Below are positions 1-8,781 of a stretch of DNA of 20,000 nucleotides, one piece after another. Source of the stretch: Nitrososphaeria archaeon (GTDB lineage: Archaea; Thermoproteota; Nitrososphaeria; JACIWG01); the NCBI GenBank assembly GCA_014361085.1, contig JACIWG010000003.1, positions 7,871 through 27,870 of the forward strand, written 5' to 3'. The notes below the pieces were generated by a model. That model saw only the letters and a program-made list of their open reading frames with translations. It had not been told where the DNA came from and searched no databases. The translations under genes and the position numbers were made by a program. Within the stretch, counting starts at the first letter, position 1. Each line of letters starts with the position of its first letter.

Positions 1-1
1 A

Positions 2-115
2 ATTAAGCGAATTTTAAATGATATAAACCAACAAAAGCAACAGACAGCTCTAGCTATACAAAAATTAAGAGAAGAAGTTGAAGAAAACATTAGAAAAAGG
101 CAGTCAAGTGGTTAG
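2..115 (+). CDS. 3' end of an upstream ORF (5' end outside window); possibly prefoldin alpha subunit C-terminal coiled coil
   Basis: Frame 2 is open from the window edge to TAG at 113-115 (...IQKLREEVEENIRKRQSSG*) and reads as a charged, coiled-coil-like sequence. A prefoldin-alpha gene directly upstream of ftsY is a common archaeal arrangement. Identity rests on context only. Confidence 0.35.
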   Translation: MKRILNDINQQKQQTALAIQKLREEVEENIRKRQSSG

Positions 116-118
116 AAA

Positions 119-1027
119 TTGTTTGAAAAGCTAAAAAGCGTTTTTTCTTCAGTAATTTTAAATTTATCAAAAAAAGAGATTACGGAAAAAGAAGTAGATA
201 AAGTTCTTAATGAACTTATGCTTTCATTAATAGAATGTGATGTAGCATATGAGGTTGCTGAGGAAATTGGTAAAAGGCTTAAAAATTCACTGATAGGTAA
301 AAAGGCATCAACATATAAAATAAAGGAGTTGGTTCAAGAAAACCTTAGAAAAACACTCCTTGAAATATTTTATGAGGCGCCAAAGATCGATATTATAAAA
401 AGAATAAATGAGAAAAAAGAAAAAGGATTACCTTTTGTAATATTATTTTTAGGGATAAATGGAACTGGCAAAACAACTACCTTAGCAAAGCTTGCATACT
501 TATTAAAGAAAAAGGGGTTTACTGTTGTTCTTGTATGCGGGGATACACATAGAGCAGGTTCAATAGAACAGTTAAAACAGCATGCAATGAAATTAGGGCT
601 TAAAACAATAGAGCAAAGATATGGAGCGGATCCAGCGGCTGTATCTAGGGATGGAGTGACTTACGCGAAGATACATAAATTAGATGTTGTATTAATTGAT
701 TCTGCCGGTAGAATACAAACAGATAAAAATTTAATGGAAGAAATTTTAAAGATTGTTAGAGTTGTATCACCTGACCTAAAAATTTTTGTCGGCGATGCAT
801 TAGCTGGAAATGATGCAGTTTCCCAGAGTAGGGAATTTTTAAAGTACACAAATTTTGATGGCGTAATATTAACTAAAGTGGATGCTGATGTAAAGGGGGG
901 GAGTGCAATTTCGATAGCCTATGTAACTAAAAGACCAATTTTATTTATAGGTACAGGCCAAAATTATGATGACCTAGAAGAATTTGTTCCCGAAAAACTT
1001 GTCGATAACATACTTTTAAGGGAATAA
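119..1027 (+). CDS. ftsY: Signal recognition particle receptor FtsY
   Basis: 302-aa ORF with a TTG start 3 nt after the upstream stop. SRP-GTPase NG-domain motifs GINGTGKTTT (G1), DSAGR (G3) and TKVDAD (G4) are present. There is no M domain, so this is the receptor rather than SRP54. Confidence 0.93.
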   Translation: MFEKLKSVFSSVILNLSKKEITEKEVDKVLNELMLSLIECDVAYEVAEEIGKRLKNSLIGKKASTYKIKELVQENLRKTLLEIFYEAPKIDIIKRINEKKEKGLPFVILFLGINGTGKTTTLAKLAYLLKKKGFTVVLVCGDTHRAGSIEQLKQHAMKLGLKTIEQRYGADPAAVSRDGVTYAKIHKLDVVLIDSAGRIQTDKNLMEEILKIVRVVSPDLKIFVGDALAGNDAVSQSREFLKYTNFDGVILTKVDADVKGGSAISIAYVTKRPILFIGTGQNYDDLEEFVPEKLVDNILLRE

Positions 1028-1067
1028 ATCTTTTTAAAACAATATTTCTAAGAGTTCATGAATTTAG

Positions 1068-2018
1068 ATGATTAAGGGTAAATCCATTCTATCTTTAATG
1101 GAACTAGATCGAAATGAAATATTAAAGATATTAGACGTTTCAGCTAAGCTGAAAGAAAAAAGAAAAGATGGAATTTATCCAAAACTTTTGAAAGATAAAA
1201 CATTAGTTTCAATTTTCATGAAACCAAGCACAAGGACTAGGATAAGTTTTAATGAAGCAATGCATGAGTTAGGAGGACATTGTATAGATGTTACATCGAC
1301 TGAACTACAGTTAGGACGGGGAGAAACAATAGAGGACACAGCAAAAGTAATTTCAAGATACTGTGACGTGATAGCAGCAAGAGTTTTTTCACATGAAGAT
1401 GTAGTTAGACTCTCTAGGGCCTCTTCAGTTCCCGTCATAAATAGCTTATCAGACATGTATCATCCATGCCAAATATTAGCTGACCTTCTTACAATTAGAG
1501 AGAAAAAAGGCAAACTTAATGGAATAAAACTTGCATACATTGGCGATGGAAATAATGTTTGTAATACATTGATTATAGGATGTACACAAGTTGGAATCGA
1601 TATAAATTTGGCGTGCCCAAAAGAATATATGCCATCAAACGTTGCAATAAATTTTGCTTTAAAAGCTGTTGAAAGCAGCGGAAGCCACATAACCTTTTAT
1701 GATGACCCTCAAGAGGCTGTAAAAGATGTTGATGTAATTTATACTGATACCTTTGTTTCGATGGGACAAGAAAGTGATAAGGAGAAAAGGCTCAGAATTT
1801 TTTTGCCAAAATATCAGGTAAATAGTAAATTGGTTGAGAAAGCAAAAAGTGATTTTATATTCATGCACTGTCTGCCAGCACACAGAAATCAGGAAGTTAC
1901 AGACGAAATAATAGACAGCACTAATTCAGTTGTATTTGATCAGGCAGAAAATAGATTACATGCACAAAAGGGTCTATTATGTCTTCTTCTTTTAGAAGAA
2001 AGTGAAATTAAGATTTGA
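1068..2018 (+). CDS. argF: Ornithine carbamoyltransferase (OTCase family)
   Basis: 316 aa. Carbamoyl-phosphate motif STRTR and HPCQ are present. The ornithine-type motifs DTFVSMGQE (DxxxSMG) and HCLPAH are seen rather than the aspartate-type HPLPR. A related transcarbamylase specificity cannot be excluded by eye. Confidence 0.85.
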   Translation: MIKGKSILSLMELDRNEILKILDVSAKLKEKRKDGIYPKLLKDKTLVSIFMKPSTRTRISFNEAMHELGGHCIDVTSTELQLGRGETIEDTAKVISRYCDVIAARVFSHEDVVRLSRASSVPVINSLSDMYHPCQILADLLTIREKKGKLNGIKLAYIGDGNNVCNTLIIGCTQVGIDINLACPKEYMPSNVAINFALKAVESSGSHITFYDDPQEAVKDVDVIYTDTFVSMGQESDKEKRLRIFLPKYQVNSKLVEKAKSDFIFMHCLPAHRNQEVTDEIIDSTNSVVFDQAENRLHAQKGLLCLLLLEESEIKI

Positions 2019-2833
2019 AAATAACATTCATTGCTTCATATAATGATCCTGCTAGCATGAACATTGCAGAAAATGTTATTGAAAGATTTCAATTAGTGGA
2101 GAAGGAAAAAATTTCAAAGTTTAAATTTTTTGAAAAAGGAAGCTTCAAACTTATTTACATAGATGAAGAAGGCATATTCTTGGATAGATTAAGTATCCAT
2201 TATGATGCTGACCTCCTTATAATTTTATCTAAGCATATGAGTAGTGAAGGAGTAAGTTCATTAACAGTTCATCCAACCGGAAACCTACTAAATAGTTCAG
2301 AATATGGTGGAAAATCAAAGCATGTTTCATATACTAATCCGTGGTACTTGTCTGAATATTTTTTAAACTTAGTTGAAGTTTTAAGAAAAGAAAGTAGTTT
2401 GCAAGTGAAAGCTTCCTTAGAAGTTACACACCATGGACCAACTGAAATTGATATTCCACTTTTCTTTGTAGAAATTGGAAGTAATATACAGTATTGGACA
2501 AGCAGGCAACTTGGAGAAAAAGTTGCCGATGCACTCTATAACACATTAACTAAAAATGTTAGGAAGAAAGATGCATTTGTAGGGTTTGGAGGAGGACATT
2601 ATGCACCAGCTTTTTCACATTATCTGCAAAAGGAGGATGTCGTGATAGGCCATATGGTTCCCAAATATGCGCTCTATGATGGAATTGATGAGAAATTATT
2701 GCTTACACTATTTAAAAAAAGTCTATTAGAAAAACCAAGAGCGCTAGTTGATAAAAAGGGTTTAACATCAAAAAGGTTTACAGAACTTATTTCATTCTTT
2801 GAAAAATATTCAATAGAATTTTTAAAAATATAA
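2015..2833 (+). CDS. dtdA: Archaeal-type D-aminoacyl-tRNA deacylase (DtdA)
   Basis: 272 aa. The N-terminus MKITFIASYNDPASMNI... and the length match my recollection of the archaeal DtdA (tRNA_deacylase) family. TTG start overlaps the argF stop (TTGA, 2015-2018). Assignment is from memory, not a search. Confidence 0.78.
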   Translation: MKITFIASYNDPASMNIAENVIERFQLVEKEKISKFKFFEKGSFKLIYIDEEGIFLDRLSIHYDADLLIILSKHMSSEGVSSLTVHPTGNLLNSSEYGGKSKHVSYTNPWYLSEYFLNLVEVLRKESSLQVKASLEVTHHGPTEIDIPLFFVEIGSNIQYWTSRQLGEKVADALYNTLTKNVRKKDAFVGFGGGHYAPAFSHYLQKEDVVIGHMVPKYALYDGIDEKLLLTLFKKSLLEKPRALVDKKGLTSKRFTELISFFEKYSIEFLKI

Positions 2834-2912
2834 TAACGAATTTAGGGAATTACGTTTATGGAGCTTTAAGATTTAATAGGATGCAGAAGTAGGGGGTTAT
2901 GTGTGATAATTA

Positions 2913-3089
2913 ATGAAGATTAAGGCACTTTTAAATTCCATGATAAACACATTACGTTTGACTAGAAAAACAAGTTTTGAAGAATTTAAACTTTATCTTA
3001 AATTAGTGCTTATAGGAGTGGGGGTAGTTGGAGGTATAGGGTTTATAATAAAGGTTATAGCAAGCTTTTTAACTCTTGGAAGGAGGTAA
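2913..3089 (+). CDS. secE: Protein translocase subunit SecE (Sec61 gamma)
   Basis: 58-aa ORF, below the ORF-track cut-off: MKIKALLNSMINTLRLTRKTSFEEFKLYLKLVLIGVGVVGGIGFIIKVIASFLTLGRR*. It has a basic segment, a single C-terminal TM helix, and the conserved position directly upstream of nusG. Confidence 0.75.
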   Translation: MKIKALLNSMINTLRLTRKTSFEEFKLYLKLVLIGVGVVGGIGFIIKVIASFLTLGRR

Positions 3090-3094
3090 AAATT

Positions 3095-3541
3095 ATGGAA
3101 AGCCAATTTTTTGTAGTTCGAACGACAGGTGGCCAAGAAGAAAATGTGGCAGAATTTATTTACAAAAATGCAATTTTTAATAAAAAGGAGATATACAGTA
3201 TACTACACGTTCCTTCACAGAAGGGTTATCTAGTTATTGAGGCCAAAAATGGTCAAGATGTAAGGGAGGCAATAGCTGGAGTAAAACATGTTAAAGAACT
3301 TGTACCAGGTTTGCTAAAGCTCGGGGATTTTGACAAGCTTCTAATAAAAAAGCCGGCAATAGCAGAGTTCACAATAGGAGAAGTAGTTGATATTGTAATG
3401 GGCCCATTTAAGGGTATGAAAGCAAAGATAACAAAAATTGATTTAACAAAGATGGAGGTTACCGTCATGCTTTTGGATGCACCTTATCCGCTTACATTAA
3501 CTGTGGACGCAAGCTATTTAAAACCAAGTAAAAAAGGGTGA
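3095..3541 (+). CDS. nusG: Transcription elongation factor NusG/Spt5
   Basis: 148 aa. An NGN-like N-terminus is followed by a KOW motif (GEVVDIVMGPFKGMKAKITKID). GGAGG at 3082-3086 lies 8 nt upstream of the ATG. Conserved position before rpl11. Confidence 0.9.
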   Translation: MESQFFVVRTTGGQEENVAEFIYKNAIFNKKEIYSILHVPSQKGYLVIEAKNGQDVREAIAGVKHVKELVPGLLKLGDFDKLLIKKPAIAEFTIGEVVDIVMGPFKGMKAKITKIDLTKMEVTVMLLDAPYPLTLTVDASYLKPSKKG

Positions 3542-3544
3542 GTA

Positions 3545-4054
3545 ATGTTGGGTGAAAAGAAAACTGTAAATGTATTAGTAACTGGAGGAGAGGCTACAGC
3601 CGGACCACCACTTGGACCTGCACTAGGGCCACTAGGGGTAAATGTTGTAGCAATTGTTAAGGAGATAAACGAGATGACAAAAGAGTATTCTGGAATGCGT
3701 GTGCCAGTAACGGTGGAAGTTGATGTTGATAGTAAAGCATATAGTATAAAAGTTGGAATACCTACTACTGCAGCATTACTTGCAAAAGAGGCACGAATAG
3801 AAAAGGGTTCAGGCACACCCGGTAAAGATTTTGTTGGAAACATTACATTCGAACAATTGCTAAAAATTGCTAATATATGTATGCAAAAATCATATTCTAC
3901 TTCATTAAAGGCTGCAGCGTGCGAAGTTTTAGGCTCCTGTGTAAGTATGGGTATAAAAGTTGATGATAAGCTACCAAAACAAGTCCTTAAGGAAATTAAG
4001 GATGGATTATATGACAAGAAGATTGATGAATGGGTGCAAAAAGTAAAATTTTAA
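3545..4054 (+). CDS. rpl11: Ribosomal protein uL11 (L11)
   Basis: 169 aa with the uL11 N-terminal signature TGGEATAGPPLGPALGPLGVN. GGTGA SD-like motif at 3536-3540. Confidence 0.95.
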   Translation: MLGEKKTVNVLVTGGEATAGPPLGPALGPLGVNVVAIVKEINEMTKEYSGMRVPVTVEVDVDSKAYSIKVGIPTTAALLAKEARIEKGSGTPGKDFVGNITFEQLLKIANICMQKSYSTSLKAAACEVLGSCVSMGIKVDDKLPKQVLKEIKDGLYDKKIDEWVQKVKF

Positions 4055-4093
4055 AAACAGGAAACTTTTGGATGAAGGTTGTCGTGAATAAAC

Positions 4094-4753
4094 TTGATAA
4101 CAAAAAATCAATTAATTTCCTTGGTAAAGACTGTAAAGAATAATGCTGTTAAAAGAAACTTTAAACAATCTTATGAGCTTATAATTGCATTAAAAAATAT
4201 AGATTTTAAAAAACAGAATGTTGTAATTAATGAAATTGTTCAATTACCATTCTTTTCTGGCACATCTAAAAAAATTTGCTTTATAGGCACTGGTGAACTT
4301 GCACTAAGAGCAAAAAACGCAGGAGTAGACCTAGTTTTAGAACCTGAACAATTAGATAAACTTCAAGGCAGTAAAAAAGAGGCTAAAAAGTTAGCTAAAG
4401 AGTATGATTTCTTTCTAGCAGATCCAACACTCATGGCGAAGGTGGGAAAGATTTTAGGCCAATTTTTGGGACCGAGTGGTAAAATGCCTATTCCTGTACC
4501 CCCCACAAGCCCCTTAGAAGAAACGGTTAAAAGATGTAGAAATTCTGTTAGGATTAGAACACGTGGACAACTTTCTGTGGCAGCAAAAGTTGGAGACGAA
4601 TCACTTACAGATGAACAGATTGCAGAAAATGCACTCGCAGTATACAATGCTATAGAAAGAAAATTGCCAGAGGGAGAAAAGAATGTTAGGAAGATTTATT
4701 TGAAACTAAGTATGTCAAAACCGGTTGAAATGGTGGTAGGTGTTAAGGAATGA
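4094..4753 (+). CDS. rpl1: Ribosomal protein uL1 (L1)
   Basis: 219 aa. The N-terminus (...VKRNFKQSYELIIALKNID...) aligns by eye with archaeal L1. TTG is the first possible start after the in-frame TGA at 4085-4087. Confidence 0.93.
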   Translation: MITKNQLISLVKTVKNNAVKRNFKQSYELIIALKNIDFKKQNVVINEIVQLPFFSGTSKKICFIGTGELALRAKNAGVDLVLEPEQLDKLQGSKKEAKKLAKEYDFFLADPTLMAKVGKILGQFLGPSGKMPIPVPPTSPLEETVKRCRNSVRIRTRGQLSVAAKVGDESLTDEQIAENALAVYNAIERKLPEGEKNVRKIYLKLSMSKPVEMVVGVKE

Positions 4754-5613
4754 GTGAAAGAACAACCTATCTTCCAAAGAAGGAGAAAATGTTTTCTCAG
4801 ATACAGGAGCTCTCACAAAAATACAATTACTTGTGCATTTCAAAATTAGAAAAAGTTCGTTCAGTACAGTTAATGATGCTAAGGAAGATGTTAAAGGATA
4901 ATGCAAAATTTATGGTTGTAAAAAATAAGATAGCGTTAAGGGCACTATCTAATACAAAATTTGGTTATGATCTACAGTTAGAAGAGAAACTTAAAGGACA
5001 AACACTACTGATTTTCACAAACCAGAATCCCTTTAAACTTTCACTTACATTATCTAAGAATAAAGTTTCATTACCAGCAAAGGCAGGAGATATAGCCACC
5101 GACGATATAATTATACCAGCGGGAAATACTGGATTACAGCCGGGACCCATTCTTAGCGAATTTAAAGAGATAGGTGTGCCAACAAAAATAGATAGTGGAA
5201 GTATATGGGTTGCTAAGGATACTGTAGTAGCAAAAAAGGGGGATATTATTTCACCTAAATTAGCTGGCCTATTAAGTAAGCTTAACATAAAGCCAATAAA
5301 GGCAGGTTTAACTGTTTCATTTGCATTCATGGACGGTATTACAATAGGAGAACAAGATCTCATGTTAGACCTCGAAAAAATTAGAAATGATATACAATCA
5401 GCATATTTAGAGGCAAAAAATCTCGCAATAAATTCAAACTATTTTACAAGAGACACAATTATTGAGTTATTAAATAAAGCATATCAGCAAGCGTGGGGAC
5501 TATCATTAAATGTAGAATACATAACAAGAGAAAATGTGGCAACATTGTTGCAAAAATATGAACTTATAGGAAAACAGATTTACGGAAAATTGAAAGAAAA
5601 AGGATATAATTGA
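4750..5613 (+). CDS. rplP0: Ribosomal stalk protein uL10 (P0), lacking the usual acidic C-terminal tail
   Basis: 287 aa. ATGA overlap with the rpl1 stop. uL10 N-domain, then three helix-like segments near the C-terminus. It ends ...LIGKQIYGKLKEKGYN* with no Lys/Glu hinge and no GLxxLFG-type terminus. Confidence 0.9.
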   Translation: MSERTTYLPKKEKMFSQIQELSQKYNYLCISKLEKVRSVQLMMLRKMLKDNAKFMVVKNKIALRALSNTKFGYDLQLEEKLKGQTLLIFTNQNPFKLSLTLSKNKVSLPAKAGDIATDDIIIPAGNTGLQPGPILSEFKEIGVPTKIDSGSIWVAKDTVVAKKGDIISPKLAGLLSKLNIKPIKAGLTVSFAFMDGITIGEQDLMLDLEKIRNDIQSAYLEAKNLAINSNYFTRDTIIELLNKAYQQAWGLSLNVEYITRENVATLLQKYELIGKQIYGKLKEKGYN

Positions 5614-5614
5614 T

Positions 5615-5926
5615 TTAGCCGAAGAGCGCTGCTAACCCTTCAACAGCTTCCTCTTGGGCTGCTTCCTTTTTCTTCTCTTCCTCTACCTTTTCCTTCTTTT
5701 CTTCAACAGGTTGTGATGTGGGCTGGACTGTAGTGGTTGTTATTGGAAGCGAGGTTACAGATTTTAGCGCCTCATCTATGTTAACTTCACTTAATGCTGC
5801 AACGAGGGCTTTTATTTTTGCTTGATTAGGTTCAACGCCAGCGGCCGAAATTACTTTGGCAATATTCTCTTCATTTATTTCCTTACCTAACTTATGTAAT
5901 ATTAATGCAGCATATACGTATTCCAT
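5615..5926 (-). CDS. rpl12: Ribosomal stalk protein P1 (archaeal L12)
   Basis: 103 aa on the minus strand: [32 protein letters not shown]..., then a Lys/Glu-rich hinge ([19 protein letters not shown]) and the conserved terminus EGLAALFG. Confidence 0.93.
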   Translation of the reverse strand: MEYVYAALILHKLGKEINEENIAKVISAAGVEPNQAKIKALVAALSEVNIDEALKSVTSLPITTTTVQPTSQPVEEKKEKVEEEKKKEAAQEEAVEGLAALFG

Positions 5927-5997
5927 TTTTATCAGCTCTGCATAACTGCTTATTAGACCAGTATTTAAAAGATTTTCCTTTTTAAAAAGAGAAAAGA

Positions 5998-6005
5998 CTA
6001 TATTA
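5998..6005 (+). promoter_or_regulatory. Candidate TATA box for alaS (near-leaderless)
   Basis: CTATATTA is centred about 29 nt upstream of ATG 6031, inside the 104-nt divergent rpl12/alaS intergenic region. Motif and spacing only. Confidence 0.3.
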
Positions 6006-6030
6006 GTATGTTTATGTGGGTATCATCATA

Positions 6031-8781
6031 ATGTCCGTTGACCCTAAAGAGTTTGAGCTTGAATACTTTAAGAAAAATGGGTTTATTAGACAAAAGTGTA
6101 AAGTTTGTGGCGCATTTTTCTGGTCGCAAAAAATTACTGATGTATGTGGAGAAAGCCCCTGCGCAGAAAACACATTTATAGAAAAATCGCCGACCACTAT
6201 TCATCTTGACTTAAACGGTGTTAGGGAGACTTTCCTCAACTTTTTTAACAAACATGGACATGCAATAATTGAACCATATCCTGTCGTCTGTAGATGGAGG
6301 GATGACCTTTTAGTTACCATTGCAAGTATAGTGGACTTTCAGCCTTACGTGACAAATGGGGAGATCCCACCACCAGCGAATCCTCTAGTTGTAAGCCAGC
6401 CCTGTCTAAGATTTGAAGACATAGATAATGTTGGTATAACTTCTGGAAGACATCTCACAATATTTGAAATGGGAGGGGCGCATGCATTTAATTATCCAGG
6501 AAATGAAATATATTGGAAAGACCGGACAGTAGAATATCATCATGAGCTTATTACGAAAGTCTTTGGTGTCGAAAGTGAGAAGATTTCTTATAAGGAACAT
6601 CTATGGTCTGGTGGAGGAAATGCTGGGCCGGCTGTTGAAGCAATCGTCGATGGACTTGAAATTTCAACTCTAGTTTTCATGTGTTACAAAATGGAAAATG
6701 GAAGATGGGTGCCAACTGTTGTCAAAACAGTTGACACAGGATATGGGTTAGAAAGGTGGGCATGGCTAAGTTTGGGAACGCCAACAGCTTTCCATGCTAT
6801 ATTTGGGCCACTCTTATCAAAATTTATGGACATGATGGGAGTTGAATGTGAAAATAGAATCTTAGTAGAAACAGGAAAACTTTCTGGAGCATTAAATGTA
6901 GAAAGGCCTACATTATCTTATGAGACCAGAAAACTTATTGCAAAAAGAATAGGAATCGCTGTTGAAGAATATCTTAGAATCATAGAGCCCTTTGAAAAAG
7001 TTTGTACACTCTTGGACCACACAAAAGCATTAATATTTTTATTGGCTGAAGGCGTTGTCCCGTCAAATGTAAGAACAGGATATTTAGCTAGAATGCTTTT
7101 AAGAAGAATTTATAGAATATTGTGCGAATTTGGGCGTGAAAACCAGCTTTCTGAACTATTAGAATATCAGATAGGTTACTGGGGAAGATATTTTAGAAAT
7201 TTGGAGATAAATAAAAATGAAATATTAAAGCTTGCAGAAGTTGAAATTGGAAAATATAGAAGAACTTTAGAAAGGGAAATGGATTTTATCATAAAAAAAT
7301 TGAATCATTTAAAAAAAGAGGGGAAAGGTGAAGTTCCAAAGGAGATAATCATTGAGGCATACGAATCACATGGAATACATCCTTCTCAGCTTAAAGAACA
7401 AGCAATTAGATTGGGATTAAAGACTGAGATTCCACAGGACTTTTTTGCTTCAATTGTAAAAATGCATACAAAAAAGGTAAAGGAAACCGAGGACAAAGAT
7501 GAACTTGAAAAAATGCTAATAGAAGAAAATATTCCTCCAACAGAAAAAATATTTTATGAAAATCCAAAACTTTTACAGTTTAATGCAAAGGTAATATTTA
7601 CATATAATAATAAAATAGTTTTGGATAGGACGGCATTTTATGCAGAAAGTGGTGGACAGTTATCAGATATTGGAAAAATTGTTTGGGAAAATGGTGAAAC
7701 AATTGTTAAATATGTAAAGAAGGTTGGTGGAATAATTGTACATGAAGTCGATAACTTGCCGCCAATTAATACCGAGATCATAGGCTACGTTGATAAAGAA
7801 AGAAGAGAACAGTTATCAATACATCATACAGCAACACATATAATTAATGGGGCTGCTCGAAAAGTTTTAGGAGAGCATGTTTGGCAGGCAGGAGCACAAA
7901 AGAACATTAACGAGGCACACTTAGACATTACACACTATACAAACATCACAGATGAAGAAGTTAGTAGAATAGAGGATATAGCAAACGAGGTAGTAAGAAA
8001 GAACATTAGGGTTGAGATATTTAATTTACCTAGATTAGAGGCTGAAAGGAAATATGGATATAGACTTTACCAAGGTGGAGTTGTACCAGGGAAGGAGATA
8101 AGGATAGTAAAGATAGGAGAACATGATGTAGAAGCTTGTGGTGGAACACATGTTTTAAGCACCGGCGAAATTGGGTTAATTAAAGTGATTAAAGTTGAAC
8201 ATATACAAGATGGTATCGAGAGAATAGTTTTTACAGCGGGAAAAGCAGCACTTAAAAGAGTGCAAGAGACCTTCGAAATTATAAAGAATATTTCAAAACA
8301 AATTAATGTACCATCTGAAGGTTTAACAGAAGCTATTGAGAAAATTGTAAAAGAAAATGACGAAGTAAGGAGAAGGATAAGGAGATATTCTAAGAGGTTA
8401 TCTGAGTACTCACTTCCTTATATTAGAGATAAAGCTGAACATTTTATGGGAATTAGAGTATATTATGTTATAGATAATGAATTGGAAGAGAGTACGCATA
8501 TTGATATTGGGAGTGCTGCTATAGAGAAAATGCAAGACCTACTTTATTGCGCATTAATTCCAGTAAACAACGTTGTACAAGTTATAGTTTTTTCAGGTAC
8601 TCAAGTCCAAGAGAAAAATGTTTCAGCAAGGGATATTGCAAATTTTATAGCAAATCAACTTGGTGGAGCCGCTGGAGGGGATAAAAGATTTGGTAGAGGG
8701 GGAGGGGGGAACATGGATAATTTAAATATGATTAAAGAGAAAGTGTTAGATTACTTAAAGGAGAAGATGGTGAAAAATTAA
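6031..8781 (+). CDS. alaS: Alanyl-tRNA synthetase
   Basis: The ORF is open from GTG 6016. I place the start at ATG 6031 (MSVDPKEFELEYFKKNGFIRQKCKVCGAFFWS..., typical archaeal AlaRS N-terminus). Editing-domain motifs HHTATH and ACGGTHV are present. Length is normal, so no intein. Confidence 0.95.
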   Translation: MSVDPKEFELEYFKKNGFIRQKCKVCGAFFWSQKITDVCGESPCAENTFIEKSPTTIHLDLNGVRETFLNFFNKHGHAIIEPYPVVCRWRDDLLVTIASIVDFQPYVTNGEIPPPANPLVVSQPCLRFEDIDNVGITSGRHLTIFEMGGAHAFNYPGNEIYWKDRTVEYHHELITKVFGVESEKISYKEHLWSGGGNAGPAVEAIVDGLEISTLVFMCYKMENGRWVPTVVKTVDTGYGLERWAWLSLGTPTAFHAIFGPLLSKFMDMMGVECENRILVETGKLSGALNVERPTLSYETRKLIAKRIGIAVEEYLRIIEPFEKVCTLLDHTKALIFLLAEGVVPSNVRTGYLARMLLRRIYRILCEFGRENQLSELLEYQIGYWGRYFRNLEINKNEILKLAEVEIGKYRRTLEREMDFIIKKLNHLKKEGKGEVPKEIIIEAYESHGIHPSQLKEQAIRLGLKTEIPQDFFASIVKMHTKKVKETEDKDELEKMLIEENIPPTEKIFYENPKLLQFNAKVIFTYNNKIVLDRTAFYAESGGQLSDIGKIVWENGETIVKYVKKVGGIIVHEVDNLPPINTEIIGYVDKERREQLSIHHTATHIINGAARKVLGEHVWQAGAQKNINEAHLDITHYTNITDEEVSRIEDIANEVVRKNIRVEIFNLPRLEAERKYGYRLYQGGVVPGKEIRIVKIGEHDVEACGGTHVLSTGEIGLIKVIKVEHIQDGIERIVFTAGKAALKRVQETFEIIKNISKQINVPSEGLTEAIEKIVKENDEVRRRIRRYSKRLSEYSLPYIRDKAEHFMGIRVYYVIDNELEESTHIDIGSAAIEKMQDLLYCALIPVNNVVQVIVFSGTQVQEKNVSARDIANFIANQLGGAAGGDKRFGRGGGGNMDNLNMIKEKVLDYLKEKMVKN

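Noticed and set aside
3514-4017. 167-aa minus-strand ORF antisense to rpl11. There are similar long antisense ORFs opposite ftsY, argF, rpl1, P0, leuS and the macro-domain gene (e.g. 4965-5363, 10847-11266, 11637-11960).
   Set aside because: They lie entirely inside strongly supported conserved genes on the other strand and have low-complexity, unrecognisable sequences. They are typical shadow ORFs.
4055-4130. L1 autoregulatory mRNA site (a 23S rRNA L1-stalk mimic, as described in Methanococcus) around the rpl1 start, prompted by GGATGAAGG at 4070-4078.
   Set aside because: I could not draw a convincing helix/loop mimic by eye, and I do not remember the consensus well enough to make the call.
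6016-6030. GTG-initiated 5-codon extension of alaS.
   Set aside because: ATG 6031 gives the canonical archaeal AlaRS N-terminus and fits the TATA-like box about 29 nt upstream. The extension remains possible but is unnecessary.
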